From Patescibacteria group bacterium (GTDB lineage Bacteria; Patescibacteriota; Microgenomatia; UBA1400; PJMF01): 64,000 nucleotides of DNA. This document shows positions 37,552 through 46,891 of the stretch, in pieces. How positions within the stretch are numbered: position 1 is the stretch's first letter; each line of letters begins with the position of its first letter. A program made the position numbers and the translations under genes. The DNA lies in the NCBI GenBank assembly GCA_049322575.1, contig JBMORQ010000015.1, positions 13,373 through 77,372 on the forward strand, given 5' to 3'. Under the pieces are notes generated by a model. It was not told where the DNA came from. It did not search any database and saw only the letters and a program-made list of their open reading frames with translations.

Positions 37552-40500
37552 ATGCATGAAAAAATTGCTTATCAACCAAAGGATTCACAAAATTCTATTA
37601 GCTTGGCAAAAGAAGAGCTTGTTGTTTTGGAAGAGATTAGAAAGAAGATAGTTGCTGCTGACATCGATTTTAGACTCTCTACTGAGGATTATAAAAATCT
37701 CCTAGAATTGGGTCTTGATAAAAAATGCAACCTTTGGACGAGGAACGATTTACTGTCGGTAATAGTTCTTAGAATCAAGTTTATTTCTCAAGAAATCTTA
37801 GAAAAGACAGACGCAATAAATTTTTTTTCTGATGTAATAGGTAGTTCAGAGATGACCAATGATGGTGAGATTGTATTGCAAAAGGATGCTGATGGTATTG
37901 ACGGTGTTTGCAATAAGGTTCTTCAAAGTCTTGCAACTATTTTTCCAGACAATAAAAACGAGTTACAGGACAAATTGGCTTTTTCGGCAAATCATTTCTT
38001 ATCAATTGGCAATGCATTGGCCTATTTAGCGACGAGCAGTAATCCGACATTTTTTCAGCAAATTGAAACAGAGCTTTTAAATGAAAATCTGATTTGCAAA
38101 ATGAGAAGTGTTTGGTCGCAGGACATGAAAGATGCATTAAACGCCTGTCATCGCGAAAAGACAAAGGAGAGCTATCAGAGATTATTAAAGGCTTATCAGC
38201 GCGAAAAACCAAGGCTGATAGTGTTTTTATGTTTTGCAGTTTCTATGAGTATGTTTGAATCGACTGACCATGGTAATTTTGATAAGCATGCTGAAAGAAT
38301 TATAAAGGGTTTAGAGGACAGTAATTTTATTGGTTCGTTTGTTACTCATGCTGAAGTTATGCAAATTGTTGGAAGCATAGATGCTAATAAAAAACAAAAG
38401 GTTCAACCACAATTGGCGCAATATTTAAAATCGAAACTTGAGAGCGGAGAAATAAACTCTGGGTTTGCGCTCGAAATTTTTGCTTCTGCAAAGAATGGCT
38501 CATCTCTTTTAGAAAGTCCTAGTTTTATCAGATTTTTTGCTGAGATGGAATCATTTTTGATGGATGATTATCTAATTAAAGAAAATGATGCTAAACAAAG
38601 ACTGAGAATTAATCCAAATGTTAGGGCGATTGCCTCATTATTATTGTTGTCAATGTTTTTTGTTGGTGATTCAAAAACATATAGCAGACCTCAGTTACAG
38701 TTAGATTTTGGTAGGTTTTTCCCGATAACCATGAACGTTTTTGGTGGCTTGGAAGAAGGAATCGATACGGTAATCCAAAGGGTTAAGTTTGAAGATAAAA
38801 AAGAAGACGTTGTTGTTGAAGAAAAAAAAGAAACGGTTTCGGTAGAATCTTTAGGTATTGACCCAAAAGCTGTTAATAGCTCTGTGGAAGGACTGGATCA
38901 GGAGTCAGATAGGCAACATGAGGCCGCTCAAAAACTTGCCAATGAACTAGGTGAAAAAGATATCAACGAGTTTTTAATCGATTCTCCCGCTAGCCCAAGT
39001 AGTTTATCGAAATTTCAAACCGGGGCTGTCTCTGCCGAGGGTTATATTGCAACAGGTTATGAGGTTGGTTGTACTTTTAGGAAATCAAGTAGTAGCTCAA
39101 TCGGTTTTTTTAGTAAGGTTTTGTATGACAAAATAGATCCTGGTTCTGGAGAATTTGTTTCAAGCTGGAGTCCATCCAACGAAATTCCCCAGGAGCTTGA
39201 GCAGATTCCAATGATTGTTGCTTCTAGTGGAATGGAAATAATAATTTGCAAATTGTCCGAATTGCAGCCGAATAATTGGTACAGCATCGCAACTACCCCA
39301 TCTCGTTCAGTAGTGCGTGGTCAACTTGTTGCAGATAATCAAGGTGATCAAATTTTGATTCCGATTGAGGTTGTTAAAGATCCAGAAAGTACAACAAGTT
39401 TTTTTAGAATAAATGAAAAATATAAAGAAGATCTTAGCCGGTCGTCTGATTTCCAATTGGTTTATGAACTTGGAGACCCCTTTGATTATCCCCAAAAAGA
39501 AAAGGATGACGGGGTGCCGTTTCTGGACAGAGAATATATTGATCCGGCAATTATGCAAATAATTGACCAGCTCAATGCTGATAAGAATATGGACGAATAT
39601 GAGAAGCTAGTTGTGTTGCGTAAGGCCATGCAAAATTATGGAATATATAGTGTTGATCCAAAAAATGATCAAGATAAGTATTTAGCAGAATTTGTTGGAA
39701 AAGTTGATGCTGCCACTTATACAAAGCTGCGATATTCTTTGTATTTTGGTCAATATGAGCGATTTGGTTTAACGTCCGATACTGGTCCAGTCAAAGGTGC
39801 TGGCGAATGTAATAGATCAAATGGAGCAGCGTTTTTAGCCTTTGAGCATCTTATACTAAACGACTGGAAGATTCGCTTAAGAAGTGGTGACGTGATCTCT
39901 GAAAATGAAAAATATGGTTTTGCTGGATCTGGCCATATTTATATTGAAGCGGTCAACATTAAAAATGGCGAAATAATAGACCTTGATACAACATCTTCTA
40001 ATATAGATGCATACACCCAATCTTTGAGAGCAAAAGGACACGATCCATCAGTGGCCTTTGATGCAAATTTTGAACAATTAGCTAGTGGGACGTTAACAAT
40101 TACTGACTATGATTACAGTAATTATGTAACACCCGATACTTCACTTAACATAGAAGTAGCCTTGATCAGAAAGTCAGAGTGGGGCTGGCCTGTTACGCTT
40201 GATGATGAACTTCTTGCAAAAATTAATACTCCAGACAATTTCATTAATTATAATGATTGGTTTTCTCCTGATAAACTCAAGAAATGGATTGTAAATAGTA
40301 ACTATGGTTATGAGATTAATGTGGCAGATGAGGATGGTGGTGTTGATTACTGTATGCCGGTTTTTAGCAAAAATGATGGATTTACGACTCAAATTACTCC
40401 AGATTCAGTGCTAACTGATGGAATAATTAAAAATAAATTTTTAATTGAAAGAGTCGCTGACAAGGCTATGAAAATGAGGCGTGATTTTGTTGTTGAAATA

Positions 40501-42597
40501 AATGGAACCAACATGTTTCCTTTACCGATTCTTTGGTATGTATCAGTTCCGAGTATACGTTTGAGCACTCCTGATGGTGAGCCAGTAGAAATACAGTTAG
40601 TTGGAATAAAGAATTATGATCAGCCATTTATTTTAATTACCGACCCCAAATATATCGATAGCAAAGAAAGCAATGTTTTCATTTTAAGTTATCTATCTGG
40701 GGCGCTTACTGATAACCGTGATTTTTCTGCAGGAACTTATAAATATGGGTCAGTTGAGCCTCGAGATTTTTATGAAGCTAGGACCAGACTAGAAAATCTG
40801 GGCTTTTCTACTAACGACGCTGAAAGTGCAATTCTCGCAGCTAGAATCATCCAAATAAATGAGCTTTTGGGATCGTCAATCAAATATGGAGAGTGGCAAG
40901 GCAGAGATTTGATTTTCAACAACCTTCTTTCTTTGCAAGCGGACGCACAAGAAATGAATAATGAAAATGCGATTGTTTATGTTGGTGAGCTTTTAAAACT
41001 ATTTAAATTTGCAGATGATTTCATAACATTTTACAGTTCACTAACTAATGAAGAAAAAATGAATGTAAAAATATCAAGTCAATTAAAAATTATTATTGAG
41101 TCGGTTGACTGGCAATTGCTTAAATTAGAAACACCTACTAGCTTCGTAGGAACCGACGATGAAATAATTTATTATGTTGGCGCTGAAAAGATTGAGTATG
41201 TTGACTCACTTTTCTCATATATTTTTTCCTCGTTTTCCCAGCTCATGCCGTCAGAAGGATCAGTTAAGCCATTCACTTCTGGAAAAAGCTCAGAATCAGA
41301 GAATAATCTCAATAACTATTGTGCTGGTGTGTCAATTGATTTTAATGATTTAGCAGCTTGTCAGCTTCAATCACCATTTTTACCGAGTGGTGATGAAATG
41401 GTTAGTGCTATACGAAGAGCAATATTTAACATTGATGATGACTCACCAGTTTTTGAATTATTTTTTCATGATTATAATCCAGTAGAAATTATTAGAGGCA
41501 ATGATGTTATGGCTTCATTACCACTCTCTCAATTTACGCTTGATGACGAAGACGTCGCAGGCGGGATATTTCTTAAAGATGGCAGTGTGGGACCATCATC
41601 TTTTCTCCTTAACAATTCAAGGGCAGACTTATCATGGTGGCAGTATTTCCTTGATAATGAGAAAGGCAATTACAGTGAAGATCAAATTGTCACGCTCTAC
41701 GACACATTGATTAATGTTATCTCTGAGGATCCCGAAAGATATCTTGCTCAGGAACAGTTGCAGAGTCTCAGCGAAGAAAACAAGCAAGAGTTAATCAATA
41801 GATTGCAGGAAAGAGAATTAGAAAAAGTAAAGTTTCTATTTGAGCACATTTGTCGTTCGTTAGTAAAAGGTAACTATAAAGTTTGGAGTTCTTATTTAGC
41901 ACTTCTTTTGCCATTGGCAGCTGGTGCTTATGGTGCCATGCGTTGGCATGCTGAAACATATGATTGGAAGAGGAAGCGATTAAAAAGTATTGAGCTTGAA
42001 AAAGAACTTAAGTTGATTAGTGAAACCTTCAATTTGGAGATTGATTTAGTACGTGCCCATTTTGAAGATCTTGCCAAATCTAGGTCGATGGTTTTAGCCT
42101 TATCCGGAAATGTGAATCCGGAAAATGGCGAATATGATCATCTAAATTTACTGAGACGCTTGGTTGTTACTGCTCTCAAAACCACCGGAGAGACCAGGAT
42201 GCCTTTTAATCTGGGTTTTGAATCAGAGGCAAATAATCCATGGTCAAGCCACGACGTTCCGGCTACCTATTATTCTCATATTGATCAAGCAGTTAATGGT
42301 GGTCAAATTGAAGCAGTTGCATCACTTTGGCCAGACAACCATCAAGCGGCAGTGGTAAAGCAACTTGGCGAAATGTTTAAAGTTGGATCTGGAGGAAAAG
42401 TCATTTCTGCCAATGAGCAAGTTTTAAAAACCCCAGATCAATTTCAAAGACAATTATTGCTAAAAGCGATTGATGATTTACAAAAATCCGGCGTATCGGT
42501 GGAAAAATACCAACAGCAAGCTATTGAGCAAGTAGTTGCCTCTTGTGTTAAGACTTGGCAACAAATTATGATGGATTATCAAAGGATTAAATCATGA
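37552..42597 (+). CDS. Giant protein (1681 aa) of unknown function with an internal papain-fold (transglutaminase/CHAP/NlpC-P60-like) Cys-His-Asp core and a C-terminal transmembrane helix
   Basis: An uninterrupted ORF that starts 17 nt after the T4CP stop codon. At about nt 39780-39990 it encodes GAGECNRSNGAAFLAF...GSGHIYIEAV...IDLDTT, which matches a C-x(~40)-H-x(~15)-D papain-fold core. A C-terminal hydrophobic helix is present (VWSSYLALLLPLAAGAYGAM). Confidence 0.55.
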   Translation: MHEKIAYQPKDSQNSISLAKEELVVLEEIRKKIVAADIDFRLSTEDYKNLLELGLDKKCNLWTRNDLLSVIVLRIKFISQEILEKTDAINFFSDVIGSSEMTNDGEIVLQKDADGIDGVCNKVLQSLATIFPDNKNELQDKLAFSANHFLSIGNALAYLATSSNPTFFQQIETELLNENLICKMRSVWSQDMKDALNACHREKTKESYQRLLKAYQREKPRLIVFLCFAVSMSMFESTDHGNFDKHAERIIKGLEDSNFIGSFVTHAEVMQIVGSIDANKKQKVQPQLAQYLKSKLESGEINSGFALEIFASAKNGSSLLESPSFIRFFAEMESFLMDDYLIKENDAKQRLRINPNVRAIASLLLLSMFFVGDSKTYSRPQLQLDFGRFFPITMNVFGGLEEGIDTVIQRVKFEDKKEDVVVEEKKETVSVESLGIDPKAVNSSVEGLDQESDRQHEAAQKLANELGEKDINEFLIDSPASPSSLSKFQTGAVSAEGYIATGYEVGCTFRKSSSSSIGFFSKVLYDKIDPGSGEFVSSWSPSNEIPQELEQIPMIVASSGMEIIICKLSELQPNNWYSIATTPSRSVVRGQLVADNQGDQILIPIEVVKDPESTTSFFRINEKYKEDLSRSSDFQLVYELGDPFDYPQKEKDDGVPFLDREYIDPAIMQIIDQLNADKNMDEYEKLVVLRKAMQNYGIYSVDPKNDQDKYLAEFVGKVDAATYTKLRYSLYFGQYERFGLTSDTGPVKGAGECNRSNGAAFLAFEHLILNDWKIRLRSGDVISENEKYGFAGSGHIYIEAVNIKNGEIIDLDTTSSNIDAYTQSLRAKGHDPSVAFDANFEQLASGTLTITDYDYSNYVTPDTSLNIEVALIRKSEWGWPVTLDDELLAKINTPDNFINYNDWFSPDKLKKWIVNSNYGYEINVADEDGGVDYCMPVFSKNDGFTTQITPDSVLTDGIIKNKFLIERVADKAMKMRRDFVVEINGTNMFPLPILWYVSVPSIRLSTPDGEPVEIQLVGIKNYDQPFILITDPKYIDSKESNVFILSYLSGALTDNRDFSAGTYKYGSVEPRDFYEARTRLENLGFSTNDAESAILAARIIQINELLGSSIKYGEWQGRDLIFNNLLSLQADAQEMNNENAIVYVGELLKLFKFADDFITFYSSLTNEEKMNVKISSQLKIIIESVDWQLLKLETPTSFVGTDDEIIYYVGAEKIEYVDSLFSYIFSSFSQLMPSEGSVKPFTSGKSSESENNLNNYCAGVSIDFNDLAACQLQSPFLPSGDEMVSAIRRAIFNIDDDSPVFELFFHDYNPVEIIRGNDVMASLPLSQFTLDDEDVAGGIFLKDGSVGPSSFLLNNSRADLSWWQYFLDNEKGNYSEDQIVTLYDTLINVISEDPERYLAQEQLQSLSEENKQELINRLQERELEKVKFLFEHICRSLVKGNYKVWSSYLALLLPLAAGAYGAMRWHAETYDWKRKRLKSIELEKELKLISETFNLEIDLVRAHFEDLAKSRSMVLALSGNVNPENGEYDHLNLLRRLVVTALKTTGETRMPFNLGFESEANNPWSSHDVPATYYSHIDQAVNGGQIEAVASLWPDNHQAAVVKQLGEMFKVGSGGKVISANEQVLKTPDQFQRQLLLKAIDDLQKSGVSVEKYQQQAIEQVVASCVKTWQQIMMDYQRIKS

Positions 42598-44432
42598 CAG
42601 AAATACATCATCCGAGACTTGATTTTGATGGGGGCAATGATTCTAGAGCAAGAGCAGAACAGGATTGGGTTATTGCCGAGGCTACTAGAAGAACTGAACA
42701 GGGATCTGATTTCATTGTTACGCCTCATGCTCGTGAAAAACTTAATCGATTAAAGGAAGCATTCCGAAGAGGTAATAGAGTTGTAATAGTTGAAGGTCCA
42801 CCTGGTACGGGTAAGTCTCAACTTTTATACCAACTAGTGATAGAGCTCATGAAAGAGAATCCCGAAATTTTGGGTTATAGCAGGACTCAGGGAGCTCCGG
42901 GTTTAATTTCTGCTGATTTATTAGTTCAGCCAAGAGTTACACCCAAAACTAGCGCTGAAGATAATACTTTTCAGGCATTAGAAAACAATCAGGAATTGAT
43001 GGACAAAATAATTGGGGAGTATGTCCAGCTTTCTATTGGTGGTTTTTTAAATAACTTACCACCCGATGTTCGAAGACAAAAGATAGACTTATTTTTAAAA
43101 AAGATTGGGGTAAAAGGAGCTTTTTCTGAAACGGGTGAGCTTATTCTGGAAGAAGACCAATCGGAGTTTTTACAATTTTTAGAAGACAAAAGACTTCGTC
43201 AAAATTTGGGACCATTGGTTGATAAGAAAATTCTAGCACTGGCTATGGAACTGGGTTTATTGGTAATTATTGACGAGGCTAATATGGTCCGTACACCAAA
43301 TGGACTGGGATTGCAGGGACTAGAAAATGCTTTTACGGTCAAGCCCGGGGAAATATTTAATTTTGATGGCCTGTTTGTTATAGTTGATAAAGTTTTTGGT
43401 GTATTTATGACAACCAACAGTATTGACGAAATTTCGCCAGCAATTGCTAGGTTTGGTAGATCAGGTCATTTGACAATGAACGCTGACTCCGGAGATATGG
43501 CTGCTGCAGCAAGAGTTTTATTAACCGATGAAAAAGGTAAGTTTATTCTGTCAGAAAGAAAAAGAGATGAATCGGAATTGTGTAGGTTAATATGGTGGCT
43601 TGAGGACCTAAATTTAGAGGGAATAGATGTTAGCTTGAACTTAGTGACTCCGCTTTGTAAATTGATGGCAGAGGGTATGGATTTTAGGCAAGCATTTCAG
43701 CAGATAGTACAAAGCTTAAAAAGGGAAGAAAAGGATTATTTAATATCTAGAATTCGAGGCTCATTTCAAAGTACAGCTGGCGAGGATGAGGAAGCCTTTG
43801 GCCGTCAATCACTATCACAACTAAATTGTTTATACAACTCTGATGTTTTTGGTAATGAAAGGAAGGAAGCTCTTGTTGATTCTGGTTTTCGTGCTGAGTT
43901 TAATCAGACAACCGGAACGTGTTTTGTCACCGATGGAAACAACTCCGTTATTACAGAACACCAGTTTAAGATAGATGGATCAATCACTAAGCAGATCTCG
44001 TCTCCAGATGGAAAACTTCTTATAATGAATTCTGAAGGTGGATTGATTGTTATTGATACAGTTTTAATGCAGGCAATTCCAGTTTTGGATTCTAAACAAA
44101 TCGGTAAAGACTCAGAAAACATTGGTAATGAACGAGGCTTGAGAAATATCGAGGTTCATGAATTTTGTTGGGCAAACCATAATCAGCTGTTGGCCGTAAT
44201 TAAACGAGGCTCAAACTGGGAAGTGGCGCTTTTTTCAAAAGTGAAACAAAGAGCTGAGGCTGGTGAGTCGCCGATATCATTTCTCAAGATTGAAGAATCA
44301 AGAAAAATTGAACAACCTCAGAATGTGCTCGTAGAGGGCAAGCAGTTGATCGTTGATGATTATTTATACTCAGTTAATCAGGACGACCTTCTTAACCCAT
44401 TAGCGCGAAAAAAATTTAGCAATGCTAGTTGA
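42594..44432 (+). CDS. AAA+ ATPase (AAA_5/MoxR/McrB-like class)
   Basis: The start codon overlaps the giant gene's stop codon (ATGA). It carries a Walker A motif (VVIVEGPPGTGKSQL), a Walker B motif (LLVIIDEANMV) and a sensor-like ARFGRSGH segment. Confidence 0.7.
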   Translation: MTEIHHPRLDFDGGNDSRARAEQDWVIAEATRRTEQGSDFIVTPHAREKLNRLKEAFRRGNRVVIVEGPPGTGKSQLLYQLVIELMKENPEILGYSRTQGAPGLISADLLVQPRVTPKTSAEDNTFQALENNQELMDKIIGEYVQLSIGGFLNNLPPDVRRQKIDLFLKKIGVKGAFSETGELILEEDQSEFLQFLEDKRLRQNLGPLVDKKILALAMELGLLVIIDEANMVRTPNGLGLQGLENAFTVKPGEIFNFDGLFVIVDKVFGVFMTTNSIDEISPAIARFGRSGHLTMNADSGDMAAAARVLLTDEKGKFILSERKRDESELCRLIWWLEDLNLEGIDVSLNLVTPLCKLMAEGMDFRQAFQQIVQSLKREEKDYLISRIRGSFQSTAGEDEEAFGRQSLSQLNCLYNSDVFGNERKEALVDSGFRAEFNQTTGTCFVTDGNNSVITEHQFKIDGSITKQISSPDGKLLIMNSEGGLIVIDTVLMQAIPVLDSKQIGKDSENIGNERGLRNIEVHEFCWANHNQLLAVIKRGSNWEVALFSKVKQRAEAGESPISFLKIEESRKIEQPQNVLVEGKQLIVDDYLYSVNQDDLLNPLARKKFSNAS

Positions 44433-45042
44433 ACAAAGAGAAGAACCGATTTTTTCTACTATTGATAGTTTTAGGCAGTATTTTAAAGCCATTCAAGATA
44501 GAGGCCATGTAAGTAATGTTGATTATCGTTCCAGGCCTAATGTCAGTGAATTGTGCCGTGCAGCAGTAAAGTCAATGATCACTGGAATTGAAATTAGACC
44601 TGAAGCACAAGGATTACAGTCGAGAGAGATTGTCAAAAATAATGAGGTGATCATAATTTGCCAACGATATTTACTACCTGCTCTGGAGGAAATAAAACGC
44701 GCTGGCAATAAACATGGAATTGATGTAAGTTTTATAACAATCGAGCAAGTTTATAGTCCTATGGGAGTGAGTGTTTGGCGAGTTCATTTTCCAGGTGACG
44801 AATCCAATTTTGATTTACCTTTTGCCGAGTACAGTCATCATAAACTGGGTGATGTTATGGCACTTGCAAAAAATTTTCCACAATTGAACAAAACCATTGG
44901 GGATAAAAATGTTTTTGTTGTTGGTCCCAGACCAACTTACGATTCAGGTGTAGAACTTAAAGCGGTTGCATTAAAGAAAATGAAAAACAGAAATGGTAGC
45001 TATTGGCACGAGATCGGTCAAAATGGCTTTTCTGAGTTCTAG
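44422..45042 (+). CDS. Hypothetical protein (206 aa), the last gene of the T4CP-giant-AAA+ operon
   Basis: An 11-nt overlap with the AAA+ gene; no family was recognised. Confidence 0.4.
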   Translation: MLVEQREEPIFSTIDSFRQYFKAIQDRGHVSNVDYRSRPNVSELCRAAVKSMITGIEIRPEAQGLQSREIVKNNEVIIICQRYLLPALEEIKRAGNKHGIDVSFITIEQVYSPMGVSVWRVHFPGDESNFDLPFAEYSHHKLGDVMALAKNFPQLNKTIGDKNVFVVGPRPTYDSGVELKAVALKKMKNRNGSYWHEIGQNGFSEF

Positions 45043-45054
45043 CGCAGTTTATAG

Positions 45055-45798
45055 TTACTCTCCCAACCCCGCATGGGTATAAACTTTGGGCCCGTTAGAA
45101 CCAAAACCTGCCTCCGACATCTTTTTCTTTCTCCAAATCACGATGGCGGCCGCAACCAGCAGGCCGGCAAACAGAGAAAGTCCCACCACAACTCCCAGAT
45201 AGTTGGTGTTGGCAGCTTGATTTGTGGGTGGGTGCTGTGGAAAGGTTTCGGTTTTTGCTGCTCCGGTTGTAACACTCTTGCTTGGGGTGGCACTGGGCGT
45301 AGCGGTTTTAAGGTTGGCGCTGGCGGTGGAATTTCCCAGAATGCTGCCGTCAGCGGCACGGGAGGTTATCTCGGTGCTGGTAAAACGAATTTTTCCTGAT
45401 TCATCAATGACAAAACGCTTGGTAAATTTATAAATCTTGTCGTCTGCGGTTAGGGCCTGCAAAATTAAGGTTCCACTGGCAGGATCGTGCAAAAACTGAT
45501 CTCCGCCAGACTCAGTGCCTGCTAAGACAACCTCAGAGAAAACATTCTTAGTGTCTGCCTTGCCAGCTCCCCCCAGGCCGTTCTCGACTGCTTCTAAAAC
45601 CTCGTCGGCACTCGTGTTTGGATCAGTGCCCGTGTTTGTTGACAGGCTTGTCAAGTTGGCGGAAGCAGTGGCCTCACCTGGTTTGGGCAAACGAAGTTTG
45701 TAGGTTAACTGATATTCTACCTCAAGAACGTTGTAGGCCCCAATCGAAAACTCGTGGGTGTCTTTGTTGTAGGTGAGGGTAATGGTTGGTTTGCTCAT
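45055..45798 (-). CDS. Ala/Thr/Gly-rich surface protein with a C-terminal transmembrane anchor
   Basis: A C-terminal hydrophobic helix (LGVVVGLSLFAGLLVAAAIVIW) followed by RKKK, low-complexity T/S/A-rich stretches, and elevated GC content. Confidence 0.45.
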   Translation of the reverse strand: MSKPTITLTYNKDTHEFSIGAYNVLEVEYQLTYKLRLPKPGEATASANLTSLSTNTGTDPNTSADEVLEAVENGLGGAGKADTKNVFSEVVLAGTESGGDQFLHDPASGTLILQALTADDKIYKFTKRFVIDESGKIRFTSTEITSRAADGSILGNSTASANLKTATPSATPSKSVTTGAAKTETFPQHPPTNQAANTNYLGVVVGLSLFAGLLVAAAIVIWRKKKMSEAGFGSNGPKVYTHAGLGE

Positions 45799-46052
45799 GG
45801 TTTAGAAATAGTTGCTTGGCATGACAACTGCGCTATTTATGGTTGGCTGATAACGCAACAAAAACAATAACTAAGAATTTGTCAAAACCATCATATTCTG
45901 CCGCTGGGGTCTTTGCCAAGGTGCAAAAAAGTGCAAAAACTGGTACAGAAATTGTAATAAGCAAAGAAAGGTAGCTTTAATGCAGCACTAACTTCAATCT
46001 TGATCGAGCAACGAATGATTTTTAGTTAAAAAGCGACTAATTAGTCACTTCT

Positions 46053-46853
46053 ATGCGAGAATCACAGCCATCCAGGACCTGGAGACGAAGAGAAACTGAC
46101 CTGGCTTTTAATGGTTATAAATGTAACGTCTGTGGTGGAAATTCACTTGTTCCTCACGGTGTGTGTACCAATTGCGGCATCAACTTGTCAGGAAAAATTA
46201 CTCTTATGACAGGCGTGATGGCTGTACCTTTTTTTGGTGATCAAGCACTGGTTTTGAAGGCTCAGCCAACTGAAAATGCTCAGAAACTCGAAGCAGTTTT
46301 GGTTCCAGATGTTAATGGGCGGCTTGCTAGAAATGCGTTTGGTTTAGCTGGAAATGGCGATCACGAGTTTGTAGGCGGTGGAGTGAATTCAGATGAGTCA
46401 ATGCGGGAAGCGATGAGGAGAGAAATTCTGGAAGAAATATCTGCCTTAGTTAACTGTATATTTTTTCCATCTCAAGAAAATCACGAGCTTATTAAAGCAG
46501 AATTTGAACGTGTGTTTGCTTGTTTAAGTATTTCTGATTCGGAGGAATTGCCCAATTTTTTTGTTGCTCAATGGTTGTTGTCCAATGGCGGCATAAGAAC
46601 ATTGCGAGGTGTTTTTAGGATCGTTCTTTTTAAATGGGTTTTATCTGCTGATCAATTCAATTTTCTAAGTCAGTATGGTTTAGTTTTCTCCCTGAAGAAA
46701 TTAGTAGAAGAGGGAAAGTTAAGGATGAGACCTTACATGAAAGCACTTGTGGATTCAAACTATCCCTTGACTATTCATATGCAACCTCAGGAGCAACCTC
46801 AGGAGCAACCATCCCCGGAGCAACCATTAAAAAGCACCAAGAGAACCAACTAA
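46053..46853 (+). CDS. Hypothetical protein with an N-terminal zinc ribbon and a C-terminal QPQEQP repeat
   Basis: A CNVCGG...CTNCG Cys4 pattern and a tandem PQEQPQEQPSPEQP tail. Confidence 0.4.
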   Translation: MRESQPSRTWRRRETDLAFNGYKCNVCGGNSLVPHGVCTNCGINLSGKITLMTGVMAVPFFGDQALVLKAQPTENAQKLEAVLVPDVNGRLARNAFGLAGNGDHEFVGGGVNSDESMREAMRREILEEISALVNCIFFPSQENHELIKAEFERVFACLSISDSEELPNFFVAQWLLSNGGIRTLRGVFRIVLFKWVLSADQFNFLSQYGLVFSLKKLVEEGKLRMRPYMKALVDSNYPLTIHMQPQEQPQEQPSPEQPLKSTKRTN

Positions 46854-46891
46854 CAGCAGTACAAACAACAAATAAGAGTTAAAATATAATT

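Noticed and set aside
45073-45703. Four + strand ORFs (45073-45399, 45224-45433, 45515-45703) and one minus-strand ORF (45138-45359) overlapping the 45055-45798 surface-protein gene
   Set aside because: A GC-rich Ala/Gly/Thr codon region produces open frames on several strands and frames. Only the minus-strand 247-aa frame ends in a coherent transmembrane anchor plus a basic tail.
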